This document shows positions 11,839 to 21,310 of a stretch of 64,000 nt of DNA, piece by piece. Each line of letters starts with the position of its first letter. Position 1 is the first letter of the stretch. The position numbers and the translations under genes are program-made. Source of the stretch: Eledone cirrhosa (Eukaryota); contig OZ024755.1 in assembly GCA_964016885.1 (NCBI GenBank), forward strand, positions 5,952,001 through 6,016,000. The letters are read 5' to 3'. The notes below the pieces were generated by a model, which was given only the letters and a program-made list of their open reading frames with translations, did not search any database and had not been told where the DNA came from.

Positions 11839-14776
11839 TTTTTTTCTGTTTTAGGTTCCGGTTGGTAATCATGACTATAGTTAACATAGCTCCATCTATG
11901 ACTACCTACGGATCGATCATGTTTGTAAGTTATTAGTTATTATTAAAAATCTGGCAGTGCCCCAGCATGGCCTCAGCCAGTTCACTGGAACACGTAATAG
12001 ATAAAAAAAAGTTATAAAGTGGTTCAGTAGCAGAATTAATTGATAGCAGGGGATTACTAGTATCAATTTGAATTAATGGTTTCTGATTTAGATAAAAGGG
12101 TAACAATTTTGGGGGAGGGGAAAGTCAATTAAACCAACCTCAGTGTCCTCAGTGTATTACTGGTACTTTATTTTATTGACCCCGTAAGGATGAAAGGTAA
12201 AGTTAACCTCGGCAGGATTTGAACTCAGAACATAAAGGGCCGTAACTATATGCTGCAAAGACTATCAATATTAATGAATGGTTTTTAATAATTGTTTCTA
12301 CTTTAGGCACAAGGCCAGCAATTACCCAGTGCATTACTGGTACTTAATAATGTTCTTTAGATATAACCTACAGACTAAACCTCACTTTAATGTTCTTTAG
12401 TCTTAACGTACAGACTAAACCTCAGTTTAATGTTCTTTTGTCTTAACCTACAGACTAAACCTCAGTTTAATGTTCTTTAGTCTTAACCTAGAGACTAAAC
12501 CTTGGTTTAACTTCTGTTTTTTTTTCTTTTCTTCTCATAACCAGATTTTCTACTATACCTTCGCTATTATTGGGATGGAAGTATTCCATGGTCTCATCAG
12601 ATTTAATGGCTATAATGAATCTTACACGGAGCAAAATAACATAAGTTTCTGCGGCAACTTGAAGTTGAAGTATTCTGATTATTATAACGAACATTACTGC
12701 AACAACAATTTCAACCATATTTTCAAGTCAATGGTTATACTTGTTGAACTGACTGTGGTTAACCAATGGCATAATATCCTTTCTGATTTAAGCATAAGGC
12801 CAGCAATTTGGAAGAAGTCCTCGCCTGCCCCTTAACCCTTCAGCATTTACATTATTCTATATATACGATTGTATTTTCATGGTAAAGGCTTTCCTTCACA
12901 TAATTATCCCACATAATATCGAATCTACAAGATTTTGATATTATTTATTTTGAGAACAATACCTTAACATCAGTTTGAGTGGCTGGTTACAGCCAGTTTG
13001 AACAGAAAGAGGTGAGAGATTTCTGGCTGGACACAGCCGGTTTTAATGTCAAAGGGTTAAGGCTCACAAAACTTCAATCTTCCGCCATCATGGTCTATCT
13101 GTCGTGGTTCTCTTGACATTTCTCAAACTAATTTTGGTCTGTCCGAGGTCCTCCTGGAATGTTTGGCTCCCGGTACTTTTGGAGGAATAAAGTGTCATTC
13201 TTGAAGTATTTGTTATTCGTTTTCCCGTATTCTCATTATATGGACCCTTACCAACTGACATGGTTGTGGGGGCACTGTAGTAATATTTAGGGCACTTTAT
13301 AGTTCCAGAGGCCATCCTTCATCAGGTCAGAACAGTGCCAGTTTCTTAATTTGTGAAGGTGCGGGTCCTGAGTGGTTACAGAATTGAATTCGCAATCGTG
13401 AGGTTGTGATTTCGATTCCTGGACCAGGTGATGCGTTATGTCCTTGAGCAAGACACTTAATTTCACGTTGCTCCTTCTACTTGGAGTTACGACCGATAGA
13501 TAGTATTAGCAATTGGAAAGACCAACGGAAACATTGTTCCCTCGGTCCGATTTGACGAAAGTCGATTGTTTTATATATATATATATATATGAGAGAGAGA
13601 ATCCACCCGAGGATTTATTTATAGACCTCAAAATGATGAAATGTAAAGTTGACCTCAGCATTATTTGAACTCAGAGAGCGAAGAACTTAAATAGCCTTAA
13701 ATCCGACATTCGAAAGACTCTCCTGCCAATTCTTCACCTTACTAATTTTCATGTTATGTAACTGTAACTATACAAAAGCAATAATGATGGGGGTATGTAA
13801 ATTTTCAAAATGTGAATGAAATATATTTTTGAACAAGCTGAAGAAACAATTAATTCTTTCCTCCCACTTGACATGTTATAAGTTATGGTTATACTATGTG
13901 TTGTTTCCTTACATATGAGGTACTTCTGACTTCAGGCTTCGTGTTGGTTACGAACAAATTTGCTCGACTCTATTTTCTTGCTTTTCACATCTGCTGTGTG
14001 GTCATCATTTTGAAGTAAGTTGTGTGATAACATTTTACTACAATAACCTTGCAGTCATAACAGTATTAACATCTGTAGCATAAAGGCTAAAGACTACAAA
14101 CAATATTATATGTATAAATGTATATATGTATGTGTGTGTGTTTATAGCAAATTTATATATATATATATACGTATGTGTGTGAAGTGAAAGTCCAAATATT
14201 ATTGTTTTCAGATGCTCATATATTATGAATCACACTGTTAGTACGATTGTAATGTAAATATTATATTATTGAATGTATATATTCACACAGTTTGTGTATA
14301 TGTAAGAAATCTAAAAATCTCATTGACTGTATTCATGTATGTATATGTTTAAAATAGTAAATATATAATTGTTTGTATGTATGCAATTTATGTGTGTAAA
14401 AATAATATTCTCGTTGTGTATTTCCAGTATCTTTATAGCTTTTGTCATTGAAGCCTTTATTTTGGAGTATACTCTTAGTAAACAGGGTAAACCTGAGACC
14501 GTCATTGAATCAACGATTAAAGAACTTGGTTATAAAGGGGGAGTGTAAGTATGGATTACTTATTTAGAATTGTCATTAGAAAAATGTGGCTTACTGCACA
14601 GGACAAGGACAGTTAACTTCTGGAAATCGCTACGGTTTTGGTGCATTATATATCAGGACGGCTTTCCTGATGATTTCCTTCAAGTGAAACAGTTCTAATC
14701 CTGTAAAAGCCATTTCTATATTACATTTTGTTGTATACACTCTACTTATGTATTTAGTACCTTACTTATTGTACTC

Positions 14777-14813
<37 letters not shown>

Positions 14814-16142
14814 TGTTTTATTATAGAAATTACTACTACAGGACTAGACTAGACCTATTTCATTTGTAAGGAATCGTCAGGAAAATCCTGATGATTCCTT
14901 ACGAATAAAATAGTTCTAGTCCTGTAGTAGTCATTTCTATAATAAAATGTATATACCTATACTCTACTAATGTATTGAGTACTTTTTTTTAACAATGGCC
15001 ACTTCCCGATTTACTTCAGGATCCTACATATCATCATTTCATCATTTCATTTTACGTCCGCTTTTTCCCTGCCTGCAAGGGTGGGACGGGAACTGATTCT
15101 GGCTTGATTTCTACAGCTGGATGCCCTTCCTAACACCAACCTCATTTACAGTGCTGGGTGTTTTTTTGCCGTGGCACCTACACGACCACTTTGCAGTGGA
15201 ATGATAGGGACTGGGGTCCCTATCATCTCATTTCTACAGCTGAAATAACTGGAGCAATGTGAAATAAAGTGTCTTGCTGAAGGAAACAACACATCACCCG
15301 GCCTGAGAATTGAACTCACAACCTTTCGATTGCAAGGCCAATGCTCTAACCACTAAGCCATGTACCTGTGTGTGTGTGTGTGTGTGCGTGTGTGTGCGTG
15401 TGTGTGCGTGCGCGCCTAATTTTGATTTCAGTCTAAATGTCAAACGACTTTTCTTTACAGATATAAATCTACAAAGAAAACAAAACCTTCAAAAAGTTCT
15501 GACAAAGAAAACTTTGCAGATATAGATACATCACCTGCCACTTTTGACAATGCCGATGACACTGATTCTGATACAAACAGTATTGAAGATGTTTCATTAC
15601 ACAGAGGCTTTAGATTCCACTTAAAGAAAAATGGTAAGAAATTTTCAACTTTTCACACTTTGTGTTTTATCTTTATATATATTTTTGTACATAGTTTGTA
15701 TATAGTATATATAGTTGTATATAGTTTGTATATAGTTTGTATTTGTCATTCATTGTGAAGACTCGTGGTTGTGTGGTTAGAGAATTGAATTCACAACCCA
15801 ACGGTTGAGTTCGATTCCTGGTCCGGGTGATGTGTTATGTCCTTGGGTAAGACACTTTATTTCATGTTGCTCCTTCTACCTGGAGTTGCGACCAATAGAT
15901 ATTATAAGCAATTGGAAAGACCAATGGAAACCTTGTTTCGTCGGTCTGATTTGATGAAAGTTGACCGACTGTTGATTGTTTGAGAATTTAACCTTTCACT
16001 AATCCATTATTTTTGTTTCTCTTTCTGTTCTTTCCAAACCTGTACAGCCCGTAAAAGCATGCGAGTCATTCTCCAGCAAATGTTTGAAGAAGAGATTGAT
16101 GAACCAACTGCCAGAAAACTCACTTTTGATTCAGTAATGTGA
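417..16142 (+). CDS. TPCN3: Two-pore channel, TPC3-like; spliced gene, 17 coding exons in window, 5' end outside window
   Basis: Exons joined by hand: 417-537, 1317-1445, 2649-2768, 3307-3425, 4351-4452, 5266-5392, 6695-6896, 7954-8098, 9355-9519, 10086-10150, 10803-10884, 11855-11924, 12545-12773, 13924-14014, 14428-14544, 15461-15633, 16048-16142. Total 2152 nt with a continuous frame to TGA at 16140-16142. Motifs: IS4 RWSRSLRP, pore [18 protein letters not shown]-hand-like [11 protein letters not shown]4 MRVLRLFK, pore [13 protein letters not shown]6 [12 protein letters not shown]. The TPC family call is secure; the TPC3 subtype rests on recalled motifs (VVNQW) and is less certain. Confidence 0.9.
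765..955 (-). mobile_element. tRNA-derived SINE, representative copy. Further full or partial copies at about 970-1240, 2075-2245, 3750-3880, 6277-6490, 11105-11400, 11590-11800, 12078-12345, 17178-17395, 19697-19970, 20170-20500, 57892-57990
   Basis: Minus strand has A-box-like TGGGCAGTATCGG (TGGCAGTATCGG in other copies) and B-box GAGTTCAAATCCC; shared core GCCTTTCATCCTTACGGGGTCGATAAAATAAAGTACCAG; AT-rich tail. Confidence 0.85.
1317..1445 (+). CDS. TPC exon (IS2): [43 protein letters not shown]
   Basis: ttgcag/gtaagt boundaries, in frame with neighbours. Confidence 0.9.
1489..1727. mobile_element. TTAA-flanked MITE, piggyBac-like (copies at 2291-2506, 4524-5103 interrupted, 6933-7222, 8203-8423, 12832-13060, 18867-19082, partial 18130-18243)
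   Basis: TTAA-CCCTTTAGCATTTA ... TAAATGCTAAAGGG-TTAA terminal inverted repeats with a conserved ~220-bp body. Confidence 0.8.
2649..2768 (+). CDS. TPC exon (IS3-IS4): [40 protein letters not shown]
   Basis: ctag/gtaag boundaries, S4 arginine repeat. Confidence 0.92.
2810..3210. repeat. Polypyrimidine (CT-rich) low-complexity tract
   Basis: About 400 bp almost purely C/T on the + strand. Confidence 0.9.
3307..3425 (+). CDS. TPC exon (S4-S5 linker, IS5): [39 protein letters not shown]
   Basis: tttag/gtctgt boundaries, basic linker plus TM segment. Confidence 0.92.
4351..4452 (+). CDS. TPC exon (pore I): [33 protein letters not shown]
   Basis: TTANNPDV selectivity filter; gacag/gtaag boundaries. 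Confidence 0.95.
4720..5070 (-). mobile_element. LINE 3' fragment, RTE-like (related copies at 8709-9050 and 15030-15090)
   Basis: (ATG)n tail on the minus strand, shared GCTTGCAAGGGTGGGACGGG, decayed ORF end. Confidence 0.65.
5266..5392 (+). CDS. TPC exon (IS6): [42 protein letters not shown]
   Basis: tccag/gtaggt boundaries, MMPAY motif completed across the junction. Confidence 0.92.
5352..6233 (+). repeat. 49-bp tandem repeat x18 made from an exon 3' end plus its splice donor
   Basis: Unit TCCTTGCTGTCATATACAACAGTTACAGGGATAATCTCAAAGTAGGTAC; first unit overlaps the coding exon. Confidence 0.97.
6695..6896 (+). CDS. TPC exon (cytosolic linker, EF-hand-like)
   Basis: [22 protein letters not shown]...[13 protein letters not shown]; tcag/gtaagt. 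Confidence 0.92.
7383..7499. repeat. Perfect 55-bp inverted repeat with 7-nt loop, carrying a hammerhead 3' half
   Basis: Arms 7383-7437 and 7445-7499; contains GAAA-CGG...CCG-TC. Confidence 0.9.
7670..7772. ncRNA. Inverted pair of degenerate type-I hammerhead motifs (- 7670-7719, + 7723-7772)
   Basis: Consensus TCTTGT CTGATGA CC CTGT-GATAA-ACAG AC GAAA CTC-CA-GAG TA ACAAGA; each copy has one core mutation. Confidence 0.6.
7954..8098 (+). CDS. TPC exon: [47 protein letters not shown]
   Basis: tacag/gtgagt; phases match both neighbours. Confidence 0.9.
9355..9519 (+). CDS. TPC exon (IIS1-IIS2): [20 protein letters not shown]...[21 protein letters not shown]
   Basis: ccag/gtaagt; EILLKLY..G..FF...WN channel motif. 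Confidence 0.93.
10086..10150 (+). CDS. TPC exon (IIS3): [21 protein letters not shown]
   Basis: tttag/gtaagt; completes WN-I-FD. Confidence 0.9.
10803..10884 (+). CDS. TPC exon (IIS4): [26 protein letters not shown]
   Basis: ttcag/gtaagt; voltage-sensor R/K repeat. Confidence 0.92.
11855..11924 (+). CDS. TPC exon: [23 protein letters not shown]
   Basis: tttag/gtaagt; phases match. Confidence 0.9.
12348..12507 (+). repeat. 40-bp tandem repeat x4
   Basis: Unit TAATGTTCTTTAGTCTTAACCTACAGACTAAACCTCAGTT. Confidence 0.9.
12545..12773 (+). CDS. TPC exon (IIS5-pore II): [16 protein letters not shown]...YCNNNFN...[10 protein letters not shown]
   Basis: ccag acceptor; ends at the U12-type donor ATATCCTTT. 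Confidence 0.92.
12774..13923 (+). other. U12-type (minor spliceosome) AT-AC intron
   Basis: 5' end ATATCCTTTC; branch-like TTTCCTTAC at 13904-13912; terminal AC at 13922-13923; splicing restores NQWH-I-LTSGF in frame. Confidence 0.85.
13357..13570 (+). mobile_element. Second tRNA-derived SINE family (also about 3525-3725 -, 15245-15360 -, 15765-15975 +, 55735-55825 - partial)
   Basis: GTGGTTA...TTCGATTCCTGG box, shared GTCCTTGAGCAAGACACTT and CAATTGGAAAGACCAA segments. Confidence 0.75.
13924..14014 (+). CDS. TPC exon (IIS6 start): [29 protein letters not shown]
   Basis: Follows the AC acceptor; gtaagt donor. Confidence 0.9.
14428..14544 (+). CDS. TPC exon: [38 protein letters not shown]
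   Basis: tccag/gtaagt; S6 gate motif. Confidence 0.92.
14659..14980. mobile_element. Penelope-like pLTR remnants with degenerate hammerhead motifs (direct copy at about 14659-14770, inverted pair at about 14812-14950)
   Basis: CTGATGATT...GAAACAGTTCTAATCCTGTA...GCCATTTCTAT...GTATTGAGTAC; same family as 9121-9290, 58940-59020 and 62100-62192. Confidence 0.6.
15461..15633 (+). CDS. TPC C-terminal exon: YKSTKKTKP...[15 protein letters not shown]
   Basis: tacag/gtaag; open in the required phase. Confidence 0.82.
16048..16142 (+). CDS. TPC last coding exon: [30 protein letters not shown]
   Basis: tacag acceptor, phase match, TGA stop. Confidence 0.85.
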
Positions 16143-16423
16143 TAACAAATATCGTCTATAATCGCAACCATCTACTACTCTCTTGACACAAATTTATGTC
16201 CTTTACCCATGGGATTTGTGAACCAAACCATCTTTGGAATTCCATTGCATTTCTTTGTTGCTGCTGCTGTTGTTGTTTTCTTTTATGGATACGTCACCAA
16301 AATCACAAACCCAAATATCCAAACACATTCATCAAACTATTTAAGCTAATGTGTTCATTTCCTTGAGTGTTGTAGTTTGGTTGATAATATTAACAGGTAT
16401 TAATTCCCAATAAGCTAGACAGC

Positions 16424-16688
16424 TTGGCTCAGTTCAGCTGTAAGTCGGCTCAGTTCAACTGTAAGTCGGCTCAGTTCAACTGTAAGTCGGCTCAGTTCAG
16501 CTGTAAGTCGGCTCAGTTCAGCTGTAAGTCGGCTCAGTTCAGCTGTAAGTCGGCTCAGTTCAACTGTAAGTCGGCTCAGTTCAACTGTAAGTCGGCTCAG
16601 TTCAACTGTAAGTCGGCTCAGCTCAACTGTAAGTCGGCTCAGCTCAACTGTAAGTCGGCTCAGCTCAACTGTAACTCAGCTCAGCTGC
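16424..16688 (+). repeat. 21-bp minisatellite (about 12.5 units) in the probable TPC 3' UTR
   Basis: Unit CGGCTCAGTTCA(A/G)CTGTAAGT. Confidence 0.95.
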
Positions 16689-17566
16689 GAAACAGTTTAA
16701 TGACTGGTTTAAATGAGCCACTTTTGATGCCACAACTAATGTGTAGTTGATGAATGTATGTTTTTTTGTTGTTTACTTGTTATATTTCTGTTGTTTGTTC
16801 AAAGTTGCGATTTCTCTTGATTAGACGTTATAAATCGTGTTTAAACGACTGACAGCGAACTAAGAAAGGAGCCACTCCATGATTGTTGAACTACTAAAAC
16901 TAGCAGCCAGATCTCCCATAAAACACTTTACCATCGTACTAACCCCCCCCCCCCCCCCAAAAAAAAAACCCCAAACAAAACAAAACAAAAAATACAAACA
17001 AGAAACATAAACTGGCCAATGTAGTCCTAGATACACAAAAAGAGATGTTCATAGTTGGAATGTTTTTCATTATGAATTACTTGATCAGTGCTGGCTTCGA
17101 GCAAAATGGAACGTTGACATCTTTGATTACATTGGGCAACTACAACTTTTGCTGACATATATATATATATAGTAATAATGGTTTCTTATATAGGCACAAG
17201 GCCAGCAATTTGGGGGGAGGGGGAAGTCGATTAAATGGACCCCAGTGCGTGACTGGTACTTTATTTTATCGACCTCGTAAGGACAAAAGGCAAAGTTAAC
17301 CTCGGCAGGATTTGAACTTAGATCATAAAGGGCCGTAACTCTATGCTGCAAAGCATGGCGGCCGACCTTCTACCGATGCTGCCAATCCACTGCCCTTATA
17401 TATCCTTAATGTGAAGACTAAAATCCAAAGAGGGCTCGATACGGATAAATATATATCAAATATATAAGAACCCTAGAGCAAATATTTATTAAAATAAGGT
17501 TAAGGGTGAAAGCAGCGATTCTTTGCTTAAACTTTAATCTGTTATTTTAATTATATATATATTTAA

Positions 17567-17774
17567 TTACATAATAAACAGCACAATATAATTATTCCAT
17601 TACAAAAGGTTTCAGGAAACTAGACAATCTTTACAGGAACATTCAGCTCGTTCATCAGATGAAATAGTCATAACTATTTCCTTTGATGAACGAGCTGGAT
17701 GTTTCTGAAAGGATTGTCTAGTTTCCTGAAACCTTTGGTAATGGAATAATTATATTGTGTTGTTTATTATGTAA
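17567..17774. repeat. Imperfect inverted repeat with ~100-bp arms
   Basis: TTACATAATAAACAGCACAATATAATTATTCCATTAC... mirrored by ...GTAATGGAATAATTATATTGTGTTGTTTATTATGTAA. Confidence 0.85.
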
Positions 17775-18559
17775 ATAAATAGCTCTGTACTATACATAGA
17801 GCACTCTTCTTTCCTTTACCTTTTCTACAGAAATATAATTAAAAGGTAGTTTAAAAACTCTCAATAATCCCCCATGATCCAATGAGTTCCAGGAAGAGAG
17901 ACCGAGCTCTTTATAAATCATAGTAATGAGAGAAAGACACAGAATAAATTGTCAGATAATAGAGCTTAAAGTAAACCCCTGGTATATCAGATAAATAGCT
18001 AAGGACGGAGCAGTATATACAAATTAATTAAAAGAAGAAATCTAATTGTAGAAACCTCCTCTATTATCCGACATAATTTGTTGTCTTTCTCTCTTTACTA
18101 TTATATATATATATATATATATATAAATCTGAGATTTGATTTGAGAATAACTTAATATCAGTATTTAATATCAGCCATTTTGAACAGAAAGAGGTGAGAG
18201 AATTCTAGGCGAATATGGCTGGTTTAAATGCTAAAGGCTTAAAATATATATTTAATTTCTATACATTGACCAACACAGATGGGTTCTGTTTTCATACATA
18301 TCATCAATTTTATCCTATCACCTTTAATTTTGGAGATGCAACATACCTCTTTACATTCTGATGTATCCACTTATGCTTTGGGTGTACGGGTATATTAGAA
18401 ATTCTATTAGTATCTTATATTTTAGTCCAAAATAATTTAGATCTATTATTTTTTAGACCATTGATTCCAAGACTTTCATAAGATTTGCATTATAAGCTCT
18501 AATCAATCAATCGATCAATCAATTAATTAATTATTTTCTCCAAATTGAGTGATCACAAC

Positions 18560-18780
18560 TCTGATACTATGGCCCTGTGGTTAGAATGTCTCAGGAAAGA
18601 AGCGCTGGACAGATTTTATGAGCAAAGCCAACCACAGGAGACTCAGCGGTAAACCCACTCCGAGAAAGATGATTGGATAACATCCATGAACTTGGCTGGA
18701 CTTGCCTAGGGATCCAGCCGGGTCAGTTGGAGATAGTTGCTTCAGACAGGACCTGCTGGAGGGAGTGTTTGATACACAGT
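18560..18780 (+). mobile_element. Decayed LINE (RTE-like) ORF 3' fragment
   Basis: GC-richer island with a DRTCWRE-like ending that resembles the RTE C-terminus at 58379. Confidence 0.4.
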
Positions 18781-19297
18781 AAAAGATATTTTGTCACCTG
18801 TTAAAAATGCCTGGTTTTTATTACATAGAACCAGGGTCAGTTTTTAGCATGTTGTTATCAAAAGGTTTAACCCATTAGCATTTACATTACTCTACATCAC
18901 ATAATTATAACAGTAAATATAAAGCCTTTACTGTGAAAATATCTCACATAATATTGAATCTGAGATTTAATTTGAGCACAATAACTTAATATCAGTATGA
19001 GCAGCCGGTTACAGCCATTTTGAACAGAAAGAGGTGAGAGAATTCTAGCCGGATATGGCTGGTTTAAATGCTAAAGGTTTAAACTACCATAGCAGTATTT
19101 TACATACTTTCTTTACACAATTATACCATTATTTCATAAACTTTGTAATGAAATCAAAAAGAAAATGTAAACATCCAGAAAAGTTTATTTATTGCCATGT
19201 TTCTCTTGTTCAGTTACATAAAATGTAACCATCAGATTCTACCGATTAATGCCCTTATTATTAGATGAATAAATAGAATTTAAATGGCACACAGAAG

Positions 19298-19594
19298 CTA
19301 TCGAGAAATATCTAAAGGATTGCCACAGTGATCACAGAGTACTTCATTTTGACGACGTGTCTTGCTCAAATGATACAAAGGAATAGGGTAAAGTCGATAC
19401 TCAGGTAAACATGAGCTACATAAATTTGCCATTTTAATTTCTTCTGGGCGATAGGTTTCACCACAGTAACCACATACATAGATAGAGTATGTCATAAACT
19501 CTTGACTACCTCTAACTCTGAAACACTTTGGACAATATTCTCGCTGATGCATGGTTAATAAACCTGGTGGTCGAAAACCGGCGTAATTTTCCAT
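19298..19594 (-). CDS. Orphan 98-aa protein with four CxxC motifs (putative double zinc ribbon)
   Basis: CPKC-16-CGYC-14-CSSC-24-CDHC; in-frame TAA directly before ATG; acceptor TTTTATCTTTTCAACAG 50 nt upstream (exon starts at 19644); AATAAA at 19190-19185. Confidence 0.7.
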   Translation of the reverse strand: MENYAGFRPPGLLTMHQREYCPKCFRVRGSQEFMTYSIYVCGYCGETYRPEEIKMANLCSSCLPEYRLYPIPLYHLSKTRRQNEVLCDHCGNPLDISR

Positions 19595-20953
19595 TTAGAA
19601 GGATTTCTCGGTCAATTCCAGTATGGGATTAGAAATGCCAGAACCTGTTGAAAAGATAAAATCATTGTGGTAACATTTAAAATAAAAAAAAAAAAAATGT
19701 TTCTACTTTTGGCACAAGGCCAGCAATTACTCAGTGCATTACTGGTACTTTATTTTATCGACCCCCCGACCACGTAAGGATGAAAGGCAAAATTAACCTC
19801 AGCGGGATTTGAACTCAGAATGGCTAGGGGCATAACTCCATGCATCAAAGCATGGCGTCTGACCCTCTACCGATACTGCCAATCCACGGGACTTGAATTC
19901 AGATCGTAAAGTGGCGTAACTCTATGCTGCAAAGCATGGCGTCTGCCTCTTTTTCGATACTGCCAAACTATCCAATAATAATAAATAAGTAAATGTGGCG
20001 AAACTCTATATATAAGAACTGCAGCGAACTGTCATGGAAACGGTGTGTATGGCGTCTCGCAGTCTCTCGTTGGTAGTTTGGAATCACGCCAGGTGAATAC
20101 TCTCGGTTTTACCCTGGTTTCGTGCAGGTATACAAAACCGGTGTCCTATCATCATAACAGTTAACATCTGTGTGAGGTTAACTTTGCCTTTCATCCTTAC
20201 GGGGTCGATAAAATAAAGTACCAGTAATACACTGGTATAATTGCTGGCCTTGTATGTATAATCTCAATATACTAATATAATAATTGTTTATGATATAGAT
20301 AGGAGGACAACACTGTTGGGGGCGGGGAAAGTCGATTAAATCGACCCCAGTGTGTTACTGGTACTTATTTTATCAACCCAGTAAGGATGAAAGGTAACGT
20401 TAACCTCACCGTAATTTAAACGTAGAGCGTTAGCTTTGCCTAATAATTGTTTCTACTTTTGGCACAAGGCCAGCAATTACTCAGTTCATTTCATTACTGG
20501 TACTTTGACTTTCATCCTTACAGGGTCGATAAAATAAAGTTAACCTCAGCAAACAGAAGAAAAAAAAAAGCGTTACTCCGGAAGATAGAAAGGAGATATG
20601 CTGAAAAAGATATTTCAACTTATGGGGCTCATTCCAGCGGGTGATCAATCCCGTCCAAACAGCAGCGAGTAGAGATGTGGTTCGGGGACCCACAAAACGT
20701 CAGAAGGTTCCACCATTATAAGTCCAACAATAAACTTATCGGGACGTGGATGGTACGCCAACATCATGCAATCTTCAGCTTGTATGGTACGCCAACATCA
20801 TGTAATCTTCAGTTTGTAGAGGGCAAGGAAACTTGTATCACATACCTAAAATTATCCAAATGACGGAATTGTTTATCTAATTTTAAGACACCATTTAGTC
20901 AGATGACCAAATAAAGACGTTGATTAAAGCGACGAAAGAGCTTCGAGATTCTA

Positions 20954-20961
20954 TGACGTCA
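20954..20961. promoter_or_regulatory. Perfect CRE/ATF palindrome TGACGTCA near the putative first exon of the CxxC gene
   Basis: Exact match in non-repetitive DNA about 110 bp upstream of a minus-strand AG|GTATGT donor at 20846/20845. Confidence 0.3.
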
Positions 20962-21310
20962 AAATCTAATTATTAAACAATATCTAAACTATAATAAAGA
21001 AAGGAGAGTGGTACAGCGTCCAGAGTATTTTTTTTATCTCGTTTGTAAAATAAGTTGGATTACTTTGAATAAATAACGAATGAATATTACATAATTTATC
21101 TACTAAATTTCGTTATTCTTGATTAAATATAAATAATTTTGTTGCTTATTTTAAGATTCATTTGTTTAAAATTTTCAAATATCATCCGGTTAGCGATCGC
21201 TTAAATAAACATTCATATATGTCCGTCACTAATTTTTTCCTAATGCAGTTTACATATAATATCGTCTTTTATAGACATGTATACATATATATGTGTATAT
21301 AGATATATAG

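Noticed and set aside
13270-13345. CTGATGA-AGG-ATGG-CCT on the minus strand as a hammerhead
   Set aside because: No properly placed GAAA and no convincing stems I or III.
16424-16750. 108-aa ORF (AQFSCKS)n resembling a repeat protein or neuropeptide precursor
   Set aside because: Starts at TTG, has no signal peptide or dibasic sites, and is fully explained by a 21-bp minisatellite downstream of the TPC stop.
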